Shown one piece after another: positions 29,309-39,700 of a stretch of 64,000 bases of DNA. Source of the stretch: Candidatus Latescibacterota bacterium (GTDB lineage Bacteria; Latescibacterota; UBA2968). The position numbers and the translations under genes were made by a program. The notes under the pieces are model-generated. The model searched no databases. It saw only the letters and a program-made list of their open reading frames with translations, and was not told the origin of the DNA. The stretch is taken from positions 2,560,001 through 2,624,000 of the forward strand of contig OZ242320.1 of assembly GCA_965208125.1 (NCBI GenBank), in the 5' to 3' direction. Numbering within the stretch: the first letter of the stretch is position 1; every line of letters begins with the position of its first letter.

Positions 29309-30328
29309 TTATCCCCACGGTTTCAATACGACTTTTGCACACGCGCCTGTGGTTTGCAATTCCCAGGCTTTTTGTACGTCTTCGAGTGAGAATGTGTGTG
29401 AGATCATCCGGTTCAATTTGTCTGTGTTTGCGCGGACGACTTGCATGAGTTTTGGTACGTCTTTTAAGTTGTAATGCCATGAGCCGATGAGTGTGATGCC
29501 TTTTCGGATCATGTCCTGGCTGATGCGCAAGGGGGTTTCTTCTCCGCATTCGCCAACGAATGCCACCTGTCCGCGCCGTCGCACGGTGTCGATGCACAAC
29601 CGGTGTGCAGATACGGCACCCGAGCAATCTACGGCGGCATCCACGCCAACGCCGTTGGTGAGGTCCATTATTTGTTGTAGGGCGTTTTCTTCGAGCGGAT
29701 CAATTGCTTCGTCTGCGCCCAGTTCGAGTGCTTTTTCGCGCCGATAGGAGTTGATATCTACGGCTATTACGCGCGCGCCCAGGTGTTTGCTGTTGATTAC
29801 GCCTCCAAGGCCCACGGGACCGAGTCCGGTGACCATGAATGTGTCGTAGGCGTTTATTTGCATGCGCTGTATGGCGCCAAATGTGGGACCCAGACCACAG
29901 CAGGCCATTCCCCCGTGTTCATAAGAGACGTCGTCGGGAATTTTGGGCAGTAGCCAGTCGGGTTTTAACAGGTATTGCGCCATGGTGGCTCGGCCTTCGT
30001 TTCCGCCCGTGAATTCAGCGAAGTTGGCGCTTTGCTGGCAGTGGATATAATCGCCGCTGATACACAATGGGCAGGTACCACATGGATATTGGGGCATTAC
30101 GGCTACGCGGTCGCCGACTGATACGCGCCCGGGTTGGGCGATTTCAACGACTTCACCGGCTGCTTCGTGTCCCAGAGAGGTGGTTTTTCTGCCGCCTGTA
30201 AATCCTTTGTATTCTGTACACATCGGCGCGGCGTGAATTTTTACCAGTACCCAGTTGTCTTTTGGCTCCGGGTCTGGTACGTCTATTACGCCGCCTTTGC
30301 GTTCACCAAATATTGCAGCTACTTTCAT
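29309..30328 (-). CDS. Zinc-binding alcohol dehydrogenase family protein
   Basis: GHE, CGTC..C..C structural Zn site, GLGPVG. Confidence 0.92.
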   Translation of the reverse strand: MKVAAIFGERKGGVIDVPDPEPKDNWVLVKIHAAPMCTEYKGFTGGRKTTSLGHEAAGEVVEIAQPGRVSVGDRVAVMPQYPCGTCPLCISGDYIHCQQSANFAEFTGGNEGRATMAQYLLKPDWLLPKIPDDVSYEHGGMACCGLGPTFGAIQRMQINAYDTFMVTGLGPVGLGGVINSKHLGARVIAVDINSYRREKALELGADEAIDPLEENALQQIMDLTNGVGVDAAVDCSGAVSAHRLCIDTVRRRGQVAFVGECGEETPLRISQDMIRKGITLIGSWHYNLKDVPKLMQVVRANTDKLNRMISHTFSLEDVQKAWELQTTGACAKVVLKPWG

Positions 30329-30425
30329 TTTTTACCTCCAGAATGGGGTTGACAAGGGTCATGTCTCGCTATTCATTCACACGCTATAGAATATTTCTAA
30401 CCATAGATTTCACGGAGAATATGTT

Positions 30426-31445
30426 ATGGACAAAATCCGAGTTGCATTTATTGGCTGTGGTAATATGTCGTCGCAATTGCAACGGTGCATACCGCTGGTG
30501 CCGGAGTTCGAGTTTGTCGCTACTTGCGATCTCGTCGAAGAGAAGGCGAGGTCAAATGCGCGCAGGTTCGGCGCACTCCGCTATTATACCGATTATAATG
30601 AGATGTTCAAGCATGAAGGTCTCCACGCAGTTGCTGTTGTGGGCAGGCCAGAGGACAAATTGCATCGGGATATCGGTATTGAGTGTCTTCAGCGAGGTTA
30701 TCATATTTACACCGAGAAGCCGCCCGCGACTACCTCTGAAGGTGCGAAGATGCTGGTTGATGCCTCAATTGAGACCGGCAAAACAGGGATGGTGGGCACA
30801 ATGTGGCGGCATGCCCCCGCGCATCAGATTGCCAGAGAGTTGATGGGCGATGAGGCATTCGGCGACGCTTGTCAATACCATACTCGCTATATGGCGCCAG
30901 GCCCCCAGATACGGGAAGTGGGTTCGCCTTTTGCCTGGCCCTTTATGATTGATCAGGTTATTCATCCTACCGATTGCATGCGTTTTTTTATGGGGCAGGT
31001 CAGCGAGGTTTTTGCGCTGGGTTCTGTTGATGGTGCGTCTGGTACGGTGTCGATATCCGTTAATTTGCGTTACGAAAACGGTGGCGTCGGTACGATGACG
31101 CTCGGTACGGGTCCGGTTTTGGAGGCGATGATTTTTGTCAAGGGTACGAATAATCAGGCCATTCAGGTGTTTGAGACGCGCCACTTGCGCCGTTATCGCG
31201 CTCCGACATGGCTCGGTTCTGGCGGTGGCTACGCCAATACACCTACCGAAGAATGGGATCTCAATACCGCGTTTCACAGCGTCGGGCGTCCCGGCTATCT
31301 CGAGGAGATGCAACATTGGGCGCAGTCGCTACAAGCCGATATACAGCCCCATGCAAGTCTTGAAGATGCCTATCAGAATATGCGCGTTTTAGAGGCGATT
31401 AGCCATAGTGTTGAGACGGGAGAGATCGTTCAAATTTCTGCGTAA
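30426..31445 (+). CDS. Gfo/Idh/MocA oxidoreductase
   Basis: IGCG, EKPPA, DQVIHPTD. Confidence 0.9.
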   Translation: MDKIRVAFIGCGNMSSQLQRCIPLVPEFEFVATCDLVEEKARSNARRFGALRYYTDYNEMFKHEGLHAVAVVGRPEDKLHRDIGIECLQRGYHIYTEKPPATTSEGAKMLVDASIETGKTGMVGTMWRHAPAHQIARELMGDEAFGDACQYHTRYMAPGPQIREVGSPFAWPFMIDQVIHPTDCMRFFMGQVSEVFALGSVDGASGTVSISVNLRYENGGVGTMTLGTGPVLEAMIFVKGTNNQAIQVFETRHLRRYRAPTWLGSGGGYANTPTEEWDLNTAFHSVGRPGYLEEMQHWAQSLQADIQPHASLEDAYQNMRVLEAISHSVETGEIVQISA

Positions 31446-31466
31446 CCTGTGGTAGAGGAATTTTTT

Positions 31467-32546
31467 ATGAACAAACCTATCCGCATGGCCGTGGTCGGTG
31501 TTGGGCGCATTGGCGTCTTTCACGCCCGGCATGTTCAGGAGCTCGCCCGGGAGACGGGTGTGTGTGAACTCGTCGCTGTGTCCGATACTTATGGCGATAC
31601 GGCCAGTCGCGTTGCAGTAGAGCTTCAGGCAGATCAGGCGACTGAGATTCACGCATTTGATGATGTATCTGATCTCGCGGCGTCGAATTTGATCGATGCC
31701 GCGCTTGTTGCGTCGCGCACGGAAGATCACGAACGCGATGCGCGAGTGCTTATTGACGCGGGTTGTCGCGTGCTTTTGGAGAAGCCGCTGACCCATTCGC
31801 TCGCGTCTGCCGAGGCTTTTGTTGCCGATTTGAATCGGGATCCCAGAAGGAAAAATGCGCTGATGCTGGCTTTTATGCGCCGGTTTGACGCGCCGTTGTT
31901 GAGGGCAAAAGCGTTGTTGGAGCAAAAGGCTATTGGCAATGTGTTCAAAATTGTCTCGGTTCTGGAAGATCCAATTCCTCCGCCGGATGGTTATAATAGC
32001 GCAGGCTTGCTCAGCGATATGGCTGTTCACAATTGCGATGAGATTATCTGGTTGCTCGGCGGTCCTTTGCCCGAATATGTCGCTGCGTTTGGGTCCAATC
32101 TTTACAATTGTACTATCAGTACTGTTGAAGAGGATTACGATGATGCTTTTTTACAGATGTGGTTTCCCGGTCGCACAATCGGTCAGGTTATTGTCAGTCG
32201 CAATCACGTTGCGGGATATCGCAATGCGACCTGGATTTATGGCGATGGCGGGGTGATTCACGTGGGGCATTTTCAGGAGGATCCGCACAGGGTTGAGGTG
32301 GAGGCGTACGGTCGCGATGGTGTGATCCATAAAGAATCTATTTCTTTGCGAGATTACGGTCCCGATGTGCCCGTGTTTATTACCCGTTTTGGCGAGTCGT
32401 ATAAGAATGAACTCACATATTTTTTTACGCAGTGTATCGACGATGCGCCGTTTAGCGTTACGCACGAAGACGGTCTCAATGCGATGCGCGTTGCTATTGC
32501 CGGGGGCGAGGCGATATGTGATAGGGAAGACGCGACGAGGGTATGA
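31467..32546 (+). CDS. Gfo/Idh/MocA oxidoreductase, inositol 2-dehydrogenase-like
   Basis: GVGRIG..H, EKPL, FMRRFD, DMAVHNCD. Confidence 0.88.
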   Translation: MNKPIRMAVVGVGRIGVFHARHVQELARETGVCELVAVSDTYGDTASRVAVELQADQATEIHAFDDVSDLAASNLIDAALVASRTEDHERDARVLIDAGCRVLLEKPLTHSLASAEAFVADLNRDPRRKNALMLAFMRRFDAPLLRAKALLEQKAIGNVFKIVSVLEDPIPPPDGYNSAGLLSDMAVHNCDEIIWLLGGPLPEYVAAFGSNLYNCTISTVEEDYDDAFLQMWFPGRTIGQVIVSRNHVAGYRNATWIYGDGGVIHVGHFQEDPHRVEVEAYGRDGVIHKESISLRDYGPDVPVFITRFGESYKNELTYFFTQCIDDAPFSVTHEDGLNAMRVAIAGGEAICDREDATRV

Positions 32547-32553
32547 CATACGT

Positions 32554-33414
32554 CTAACACGTTACGTCCTTGCCTTCGCTGCCATAGACGGCGAGGCGTT
32601 CTTCTGAAGAAATTTCCTCTATAGATCCGGGGATGTAGTGCAGTTGCAGGGCGCGGCGACGTCGATCTGATTGATTCTCCGGGGAGCCGTGGTGCAATCG
32701 CCCGTGCCAGAGGAGTACGCCGCCGGGTTGCAGGGCGACTGCGGTGATGCGGTTGCGGGCGATGTCGGTGTCGCAGATTTGCCAGTCGCGTCTTTTGAAA
32801 TGTATGACGGGACCTGCTCGATGGCTTTGGGGGATGACGTGCATACACCCATTTTCGGGATCCGCGGGGTCGAGGGCAACCCACGCGCTGACGATGCAGG
32901 TGTGCAGGGGCACGTTAAAGTAGGCATGGTCCTGGTGCCAGGGTTTTTCGCGTCCTATGCCGGGCGGTTTTAACATGGCTTGATTGGCGAATAATTTGGG
33001 GGGTTCACCCATGATGCGGGTCAAGATATCTATCAGTTGGGGGTCTTCGCCAAATGCGTCCAGACGCGGGTCGAATCCGACAAATCGGGTGAGTTTTCGC
33101 ACGAGTAATTCGCGCGCGTGACCCGTTGAGCGTTTGACCTGTTTGGCGCGCCCGCGCTCGAATTGTACGCCTCGAAATTCGCGATTTTGTCCTGCGATCA
33201 ATTCTTTTACTGCGGCCATGCCGTCGTTGACCTGTGCGCTGGAATACGCACCTTGAATTGGCAAAAAGCCCTGCGCGTGAAATTGTGCGATGTGTTCGTC
33301 GCTCACGTTTTCAAAGCCGTCAACACTTTCGGCGATGCGGGCGTATTTGTAGAGTGCGGGGTCGTATTCGCCAGGCTCGTACGTGTCTTGCAGGATATCT
33401 GTTTTTTCTATCAC
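32554..33414 (-). CDS. PhyH family dioxygenase
   Basis: KPWHQD, NGCM, LHHGS. Confidence 0.9.
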   Translation of the reverse strand: MIEKTDILQDTYEPGEYDPALYKYARIAESVDGFENVSDEHIAQFHAQGFLPIQGAYSSAQVNDGMAAVKELIAGQNREFRGVQFERGRAKQVKRSTGHARELLVRKLTRFVGFDPRLDAFGEDPQLIDILTRIMGEPPKLFANQAMLKPPGIGREKPWHQDHAYFNVPLHTCIVSAWVALDPADPENGCMHVIPQSHRAGPVIHFKRRDWQICDTDIARNRITAVALQPGGVLLWHGRLHHGSPENQSDRRRRALQLHYIPGSIEEISSEERLAVYGSEGKDVTC

Positions 33415-33436
33415 AATAACCTCCTTGGGAGATTTT

Positions 33437-34213
33437 ATGCTCGATCTCGAACTTATTGAACCGTCAGAAATTGACCACGCTGCCTCTGTTTTTCACCGCG
33501 ATGGGCTTGCCGTTGTGACGGAAGCACTGACCGATGAACAGTTCGCTTTTCTGAAGGATGGTGCACATCGCGTTGTCGCAGAACAGACGAGCGCGGTCCC
33601 GCTGGAGAAGGCGAACAGGGGTTTTGCGCGTTATTCGTTTGGTTCGCAGATCCATCATCCCGAATGGGCGATGTTGGTTGATCTGCCTACTATTTTACCT
33701 ATTATTGAAGCTATTTTCAATAGTAATCAGTTTGTGTGCAGTGGTGCTGGTGGCGATTATTCGCTGCCGGGTGCAAAAATCCAGCATTTGCACCGGGATA
33801 TGCCCGATTTGATCAATGATCCCGAGCAGCGGGTGACGATTATGGATGTTCCGGTGCCGTTTATTGTGGTCAATTTTCCAATGATTGATTTTAGTGTGGA
33901 GAATGGGGCTACGCGATTTATCCGCGGCACCCATCGCTCGCGCCAGGCGATTCCCAGTCTGGAGGATGAACCCGATTGGATGAAGAATTCGGTGGCTTGC
34001 GCGCCGAGTAAGTCGGCGATTTTTCGAGATGTGCGCTGCTGGCACGGGGGGACGCCCAATATGTCTCGGGATGTGCGTATTATGACGAGTGTGGGCTATT
34101 ACGCGCCCTGGTTTCGCCGACCCGGACGAGATGGCGAGATGCCCCGTGATATTTACGATTCTCTGTCAGAGCGCGGTAAGGAGTTGTGCCGGTCTATCGT
34201 GGCGTTGGATTGA
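33437..34213 (+). CDS. PhyH family dioxygenase
   Basis: FHRDG, LHRD, NGAT, WHGGTPN; ATG at 33437 after GGAG. Confidence 0.88.
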   Translation: MLDLELIEPSEIDHAASVFHRDGLAVVTEALTDEQFAFLKDGAHRVVAEQTSAVPLEKANRGFARYSFGSQIHHPEWAMLVDLPTILPIIEAIFNSNQFVCSGAGGDYSLPGAKIQHLHRDMPDLINDPEQRVTIMDVPVPFIVVNFPMIDFSVENGATRFIRGTHRSRQAIPSLEDEPDWMKNSVACAPSKSAIFRDVRCWHGGTPNMSRDVRIMTSVGYYAPWFRRPGRDGEMPRDIYDSLSERGKELCRSIVALD

Positions 34214-34228
34214 GAAGGGAGAAAATGC

Positions 34229-35257
34229 ATGAAACTGGTCGTTCTTTCCTATAGTCACCACGGACGCGGTATGGCGCGTACGGCGCACGGTCTCGGTCAC
34301 GATATTGTCGGTGTTATGGATGGCGATGCAGGTCCCCGGCAACAGTTGGCGGAGGAGTTTCAATGCTCTGGGTTTGAGACGGCGGGCGCGTGTCTCGATG
34401 CGTGCCAGCCAGATGCGGCACTTGTCGCGGGGAAACACGTCGAGATGCCGTCTCATGTGCAGGCGTGTGTGGATCGCCGCGTTCCCTATCTTCTGGATAA
34501 GCCGTTTGCCGATTGTGCTGATCGCTTGCGTCCCGTGGCCGAGGATTCGGAGAAGTACGGTGTGTTCAGTGCGCTGGTGCTGCCCAATCGCGCGAGCCGA
34601 ATTGTCCGCGTGGTGGAAGATATGGTTGCAGATGGCAGTTTGGGCGATTTGGTGCTGTATAACAGCAGGTTGAATAACGGTCCTCCATCCCGCTATGATC
34701 CGACGCCGTCAGCGTGGCACAATGATCCGGGTATTTCCGGGGGCGGTTGCTGGGCAGTTGAGGCGGCGCATGGGATTGATACGTTTTTGCAGTTTGTTGG
34801 TGATCGGCGTATTACTGTGGTAGGTGCGGTTATGTCCAATGCGATGTACAGCCGGGGGGTGGAGGATAGTGGTATTGGCGTGTTGCGGACGGATGATGGT
34901 ATTACCGGGATTGTTGAGTCTGGTTATTCTTATCCGGCAGGTACGCGCAGTGGCGATCATTTTTTCAGATTTATCGGTACAAAGGCTTCGGTTTTTGAGC
35001 AGTACGGTCGCAATGGCGAGCCTTTGATTGAGGTTCACACGACGGAGGGCGTCCGGTTTAGCGAGGATATTTCGCACGGCGAGCGCATGGAGCGCGTGAT
35101 GGGCAAGGCGTTAGACGCGAGACGCGAGGGCAATGCGTTTGAGCCGACGATTGTTGATGCGGTGCGTATTCTCGAGATTCAGGATGCGGTTTATGTCCAT
35201 GCGCGACAGGGTGTGATGACCCATGGCCCGCATCCAATGGGGGCGCAAGGTTTATAA
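34229..35257 (+). CDS. Gfo/Idh/MocA oxidoreductase
   Basis: DKPFA, W..DP..SGGG, EAAHGID. Confidence 0.85.
   Translation: MKLVVLSYSHHGRGMARTAHGLGHDIVGVMDGDAGPRQQLAEEFQCSGFETAGACLDACQPDAALVAGKHVEMPSHVQACVDRRVPYLLDKPFADCADRLRPVAEDSEKYGVFSALVLPNRASRIVRVVEDMVADGSLGDLVLYNSRLNNGPPSRYDPTPSAWHNDPGISGGGCWAVEAAHGIDTFLQFVGDRRITVVGAVMSNAMYSRGVEDSGIGVLRTDDGITGIVESGYSYPAGTRSGDHFFRFIGTKASVFEQYGRNGEPLIEVHTTEGVRFSEDISHGERMERVMGKALDARREGNAFEPTIVDAVRILEIQDAVYVHARQGVMTHGPHPMGAQGL
34931..34961 (+). repeat. 31-bp direct repeat, copy 1 (inside the oxidoreductase gene)
   Basis: TATCCGGCAGGTACGCGCAGTGGCGATCATT, 29/31 identical to 35998-36028. Confidence 0.85.
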
Positions 35258-35273
35258 AAAAGAGGAGAGTATC

Positions 35274-35990
35274 ATGTCCAAAACGGCTGTTATTTCAGGG
35301 GTTGGTTCGGGTTTAGGTGCCGCGCTGGTGAGGAAGTTTGCAAGCGAAGGCTATCAGGTGGGGTTGCTGGCCCGGTCCCCTGATTATATTCAGGAACTGG
35401 CCGAAGAATTGCTGCAAGAAGGTGTGAAAGCTTTAGCCGTGCCTACGGATATCACCGATCCCCAGCAGGTGATCCAGAGTTTTGCCCGGGTGCGCGAGGA
35501 ACTGGGCACGGTCGATGTCCTGATCAACCACGCTGGCAATGCCTCCTGGAAAGATTTTAACGAACTGACTCTGGATGAGTTTGAACTGTCCTGGCGCGTG
35601 TGTGCTTATGGCTCCTTTCTGTGCGCCAAAGAAGTGGTCGGCGATATGCTGTCTGCGGGTGGCGGTGCTATCCTTTTCACCGGAGCCACTTCGTCTATTC
35701 GGGGCCGGGGCGGTGCCATTGCCTTTAGCAGTGCCAAGTTTGCAGTGCGCGGTCTGGCCTGGGCGTTGGCCCGCGAGCTGTGGCCCAAAGGCATTCACGT
35801 GGCCCACATTATCATAGATGGGGTGCTGGATACCCCCTTGTTGCACGAGAGAGGAGATGTCGAGGAGAGTGAACCTCTTATGAATATCGACGCCGTGGCC
35901 GATGCCTATTGGCGTCTGGTGCAACAGGATAAAGGCGCCTGGGGTTTCGAGATCGATTTGCGACCCCACGATGAGGGGTTCTTTGAGTAA
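35274..35990 (+). CDS. Short-chain dehydrogenase/reductase
   Basis: GVGSGLG, FTGATSS, FSSAKF (Tyr replaced by Phe), GIHVAHIIIDG; ATG after AGGAG. Confidence 0.9.
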   Translation: MSKTAVISGVGSGLGAALVRKFASEGYQVGLLARSPDYIQELAEELLQEGVKALAVPTDITDPQQVIQSFARVREELGTVDVLINHAGNASWKDFNELTLDEFELSWRVCAYGSFLCAKEVVGDMLSAGGGAILFTGATSSIRGRGGAIAFSSAKFAVRGLAWALARELWPKGIHVAHIIIDGVLDTPLLHERGDVEESEPLMNIDAVADAYWRLVQQDKGAWGFEIDLRPHDEGFFE

Positions 35991-35992
35991 AG

Positions 35993-36355
35993 TCAAATAT
36001 CCGGCAGGTACACGCAGTGGGGATCATTCAGCCCATCACCAGAGCCGTCATCGCGGCATGGTTTTAGCCGCGATCCAGTTTGTTTTTTTGAGAAACACAT
36101 AGGCGACTGCAAACTAATGCGGTAGGCGGTTGGGTACCCGATTCTCAAACCATAAATGACTGCATTGGGATGTTTGGCAAGTAGCTGTTTCGTAGCGACC
36201 AAATCATCAGCGTTGATTTCGTATTCACCTGTTTCAATGTCTATGACCAGAAACTTGCCTTTGTGCTTAAGATCCACTTTGTCACGGATTTGTTGCACAT
36301 ATATTACTTCACCACGTGATTCGACTTCCTGAGACGTATAATTAGTATAGGGCAT
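35993..36355 (-). CDS. Small hypothetical protein (antitoxin-like); 3' end probably rearranged
   Basis: The first ~80 aa (RGEVIY..IR..KGKFLVIDIETGEYEI..LRIG) look like a conserved small family; the tail reads through the REP and the duplicated fragment. Confidence 0.55.
   Translation of the reverse strand: MPYTNYTSQEVESRGEVIYVQQIRDKVDLKHKGKFLVIDIETGEYEINADDLVATKQLLAKHPNAVIYGLRIGYPTAYRISLQSPMCFSKKQTGSRLKPCRDDGSGDGLNDPHCVYLPDI
35998..36028 (+). repeat. 31-bp direct repeat, copy 2 (orphan gene fragment at the left edge of island 1)
   Basis: TATCCGGCAGGTACACGCAGTGGGGATCATT. Confidence 0.85.
36046..36077 (+). repeat. CGTC-type REP-like element, short form
   Basis: CGTCATCGCGGCATGGTTTTAGCCGCGATCCA, the same family as 4872 and 15459 without the 22-nt insert. 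Confidence 0.7.
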
Positions 36356-36376
36356 GGTCGTTTGGCCGTTCTCTTA

Positions 36377-36718
36377 TCACTCTGAGGAAGCCAATGGCTC
36401 CAGAGCAATTCTTACACACGCACATACACCTTGCCAATCGCGGCCAGATAGATGACCGACAAGCGTAGGATGGATAGCGGAGGGTAGGGTGACAAAAAAA
36501 CTGCGAAAAACTGAGGGAATCCTCAAGCCAGCCTGCGACCAATCTTGCAATACATAGTCTGTAGGACCAAGTGCCGCGGTTTGGCTGGTAATCAGGCCAA
36601 CGACCACATCAGGCCGAGAGGTATGATAAACTGAAGAGGAAACAACCACGGACGGACGGCGTTTGGTACCAGTCACGCCAGGAAAGTCAAGTACCACCAC
36701 ATCGCCCGGATTAAACAA
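36377..36718 (-). CDS. PemK/MazF family toxin
   Basis: GDVVVLDFP...KRRPSVVVS, ITSQ, DWSQAGL..PS; TTG start after GGAGGAGG. Confidence 0.88.
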   Translation of the reverse strand: MFNPGDVVVLDFPGVTGTKRRPSVVVSSSVYHTSRPDVVVGLITSQTAALGPTDYVLQDWSQAGLRIPSVFRSFFVTLPSAIHPTLVGHLSGRDWQGVCACVRIALEPLASSE

Positions 36719-39700
36719 GGTCCTCCTCCTCCGGATAGAGTGCCTCCGCATACTTGAAGGAGGCCGTGGTTAAATCTTTTTGATCTTGTTCGCTCCAGGT
36801 ATTACTCCGGTCCACAACAGATACCTGTAAAATTGTTTTCATATCCTGCCTGTGAGTCTCCACAAACCGGAGGCTTGTTTCCAACTCTCCCAATTTCAGC
36901 AACACTTCTAACTTGTCCGAATCTTTCAGGGCATTATGCAACTCGCTCAGGGCAATTTCATCGCGCTTCACAAATTCCTTGTACCTCGCTGCACACTCTG
37001 GACATAAAGCCAGAAACTGTGCCTCGTGTTCCTTGGGAAAATAGTCTCCAGAAAGAGCCTCCACTGCCTCAAAGTAATACTCACCATCGCGCTTTTTGAA
37101 CGGCATCTCCTCTTTGCATATCTGGCAGATCAGTTGATCGTGTTGGTTGGTGTATTGATTTCTAAGATAGATGTCAGGCTCAATCTCTCCTCGTCTAGTC
37201 CGATTACTTCCTTCTTGCTTCTCATATTCTTTCTCTGGTGCATCTTTCACTTGATCCCAAAGTCGCTTCTTTCGGCGTTCAAGGTTAGCAGAACTTCTTT
37301 CAGGGAAGGTTTCTTTTTTTTCTTTTAATTCCTTTTCAGCTTTCCACTGCCTGAATCCCTCGGGATCTTGTCTTAATAGTTCGATATCCTCAGTTGAGAT
37401 GCCAACTTCTTCTGCCAGTTTTGCAATGACATTCTTCTTCATACCAAGTTGATCCGCTAATTTCTCATCGCGGAAGAATGATTCAGGCAGATTATCAAGG
37501 GTAAGTTCGCTCGGTTTATGCATCTTTCCATTAGAGTCTGGCAGCCATTCATTTGTAGTCAATAACTTGCCAAATTCGGATATTTGTTGGTTTTTGTCAC
37601 TACGCTCATAAGATTGCCTTGTTGATATTTCCACAATTCCGCGAATGCAATCAGAATTGGGGATAGCTATTTCATTCCATATAAATGTACTTTTCTCGGG
37701 ACTTGGATTAGCCATTGCATATTCCAAACCATCAATACGCATACCAGGATCAAATCCATTGAGTCCCCTTTTGTGATGACCGTGACGACTTTCGATGCTG
37801 ATGTGTCCTTCCCGATTCTTCTCTCTCCGGTTTACTCTTACGGTTTTGCTAACTTCCAAGTTTTTGAACAATGCAGATTGGGGATGGTCTAGATTGATAC
37901 AGGCAAAAGAATCATTGCTGGAGAAATACATACGCAAATTATCACTTCCAAAATAGACTTGATCTGGCTTTCGATAGATTGTTTTTCCCAAACTGGGGCA
38001 CTCTGCAAGAATAAATGGTGTTGCCCGCAATTGTTTCTGAAGTCGTTCTTTCTTCTCTTGGGAATCTGTTTTATATGCTCGCTCAATTTTCTTAAGATCG
38101 TGTTTATTCTCTTCCGATTCAATCTTTACTGAATCTTCCCTATATTTCGGCAGTATCTTTTCAACGACTTCTGCAACCAGATCTAGTTCTGGAATGCCCA
38201 ATTTCTCCAGAAACGAGCGAGTTCCTTGATGATCTAATAGTTCTACTTTCACGATTGGCAACGAAGTTTTAGTATCTGTTCCAACGACCAAGTATGCATT
38301 TGGTAAGCCGCCATGCCGAAATGGATTGACATGTGACCCATCTTGAAGACGTAAAATAGGCTTATTTCGGAGGATACCTCCTTCGTCGTATTCCCAGCGT
38401 GGAGGACGCCACAGTGCATTTTGTTCAGATAAGTATTCATAGAATCTAATGAACCATTCGTCATCCTGACTGGCAAGGAATTGTTCAGATAGATTGCGAG
38501 CGAACACCTCCGGGTCAACTTCTTCGATATCAAGTTCTTGCATCAAATAAGACCGTAGATCAGGTGTGCGGTCTTGGGTGATTTCATCTGACAGCCACTT
38601 GATTTCACTATTGGATTGGAACAATACACCGAGTTGTTCTTGATTTAGAATCTTCAGAAGTGCAGCACCACGGACGAGCTTGGCGTTTCGCGCCGCGACA
38701 AACGTGCCGTCATTAGCTGGGAGTAGCTCCTCTTTCATAAGAGCCTTGCGTACTCTGCTGAAGATGGGATAGAACTCCTTGTAGAAATTCCTGAGTGCAT
38801 CTTCAGGTGAGGATTTATAGTACCAGTTATCTTCAAACTTGATCGGTAGGGATTCTAAAAGAGGCACTGACAATAATCTCATCTCCTTCAACTGTCGCAA
38901 AGACTCAGCAACCAACTCAGCGGTTTCATTGATTAATTTCTTATTCCAATCATCATCTCTAAGGATGTTGTCACGCGCAGGAGTCGTACGGTATGGTCCC
39001 TGTATCAGGAAGCCCAGCTTCGTTGGTTTTTCGGTAGGGAAATAGACAACCACCGGTGAATCGTTAATTTTTCGAATATACTCAGTATTATCTTCTTGGT
39101 TGAATTCAAGTTTGAATCCGATCTCGATATGGACATGGTTACTATTATCGGGAGCTATCACACTACGCTCGAAGAGTAGCCAATTTTCTTCCTCATCTTG
39201 ATCATTTTTTTCGCCAATTACAGTAACGCGGTGCGCGGTTTTACAACTATTATCTTTTTTTGTTTCCTTGAGGTACTGTCCCTGTTCTCCATCTGGCTCA
39301 ACGCTCCATTTGATTTCGTCAATTCGCCTCAAGAATAGCAATACTCTTGGTCCAAGCTCTCGCAATTTATTTAAAATGAGATCAAAGGCTTGGTTTGCGG
39401 ATAAATTTTTATGATCGAATGGAAAAACGAAAACAGTCTCACCGGATGCTATTGAAAGGCAGCGATTTGGTTCTCTCGCTTCTGGTCTGATATATCGTTT
39501 AATAACAAAATGTTCATCGCCAGAATGAATTTCTGGGGAAGCTGTGAACGCATACACAGACTTGAATCCGATACCAAATTTGCCAATCTGAACAAAATCC
39601 TCTTTCTTGGTCCCTTTCAAGACATCGGATATTCCTCTAACGTCTTCTTCGTTAAACGGTACGCCGAAATGTCTAAACTCAAGTCTGTCACAGAAAAGTC

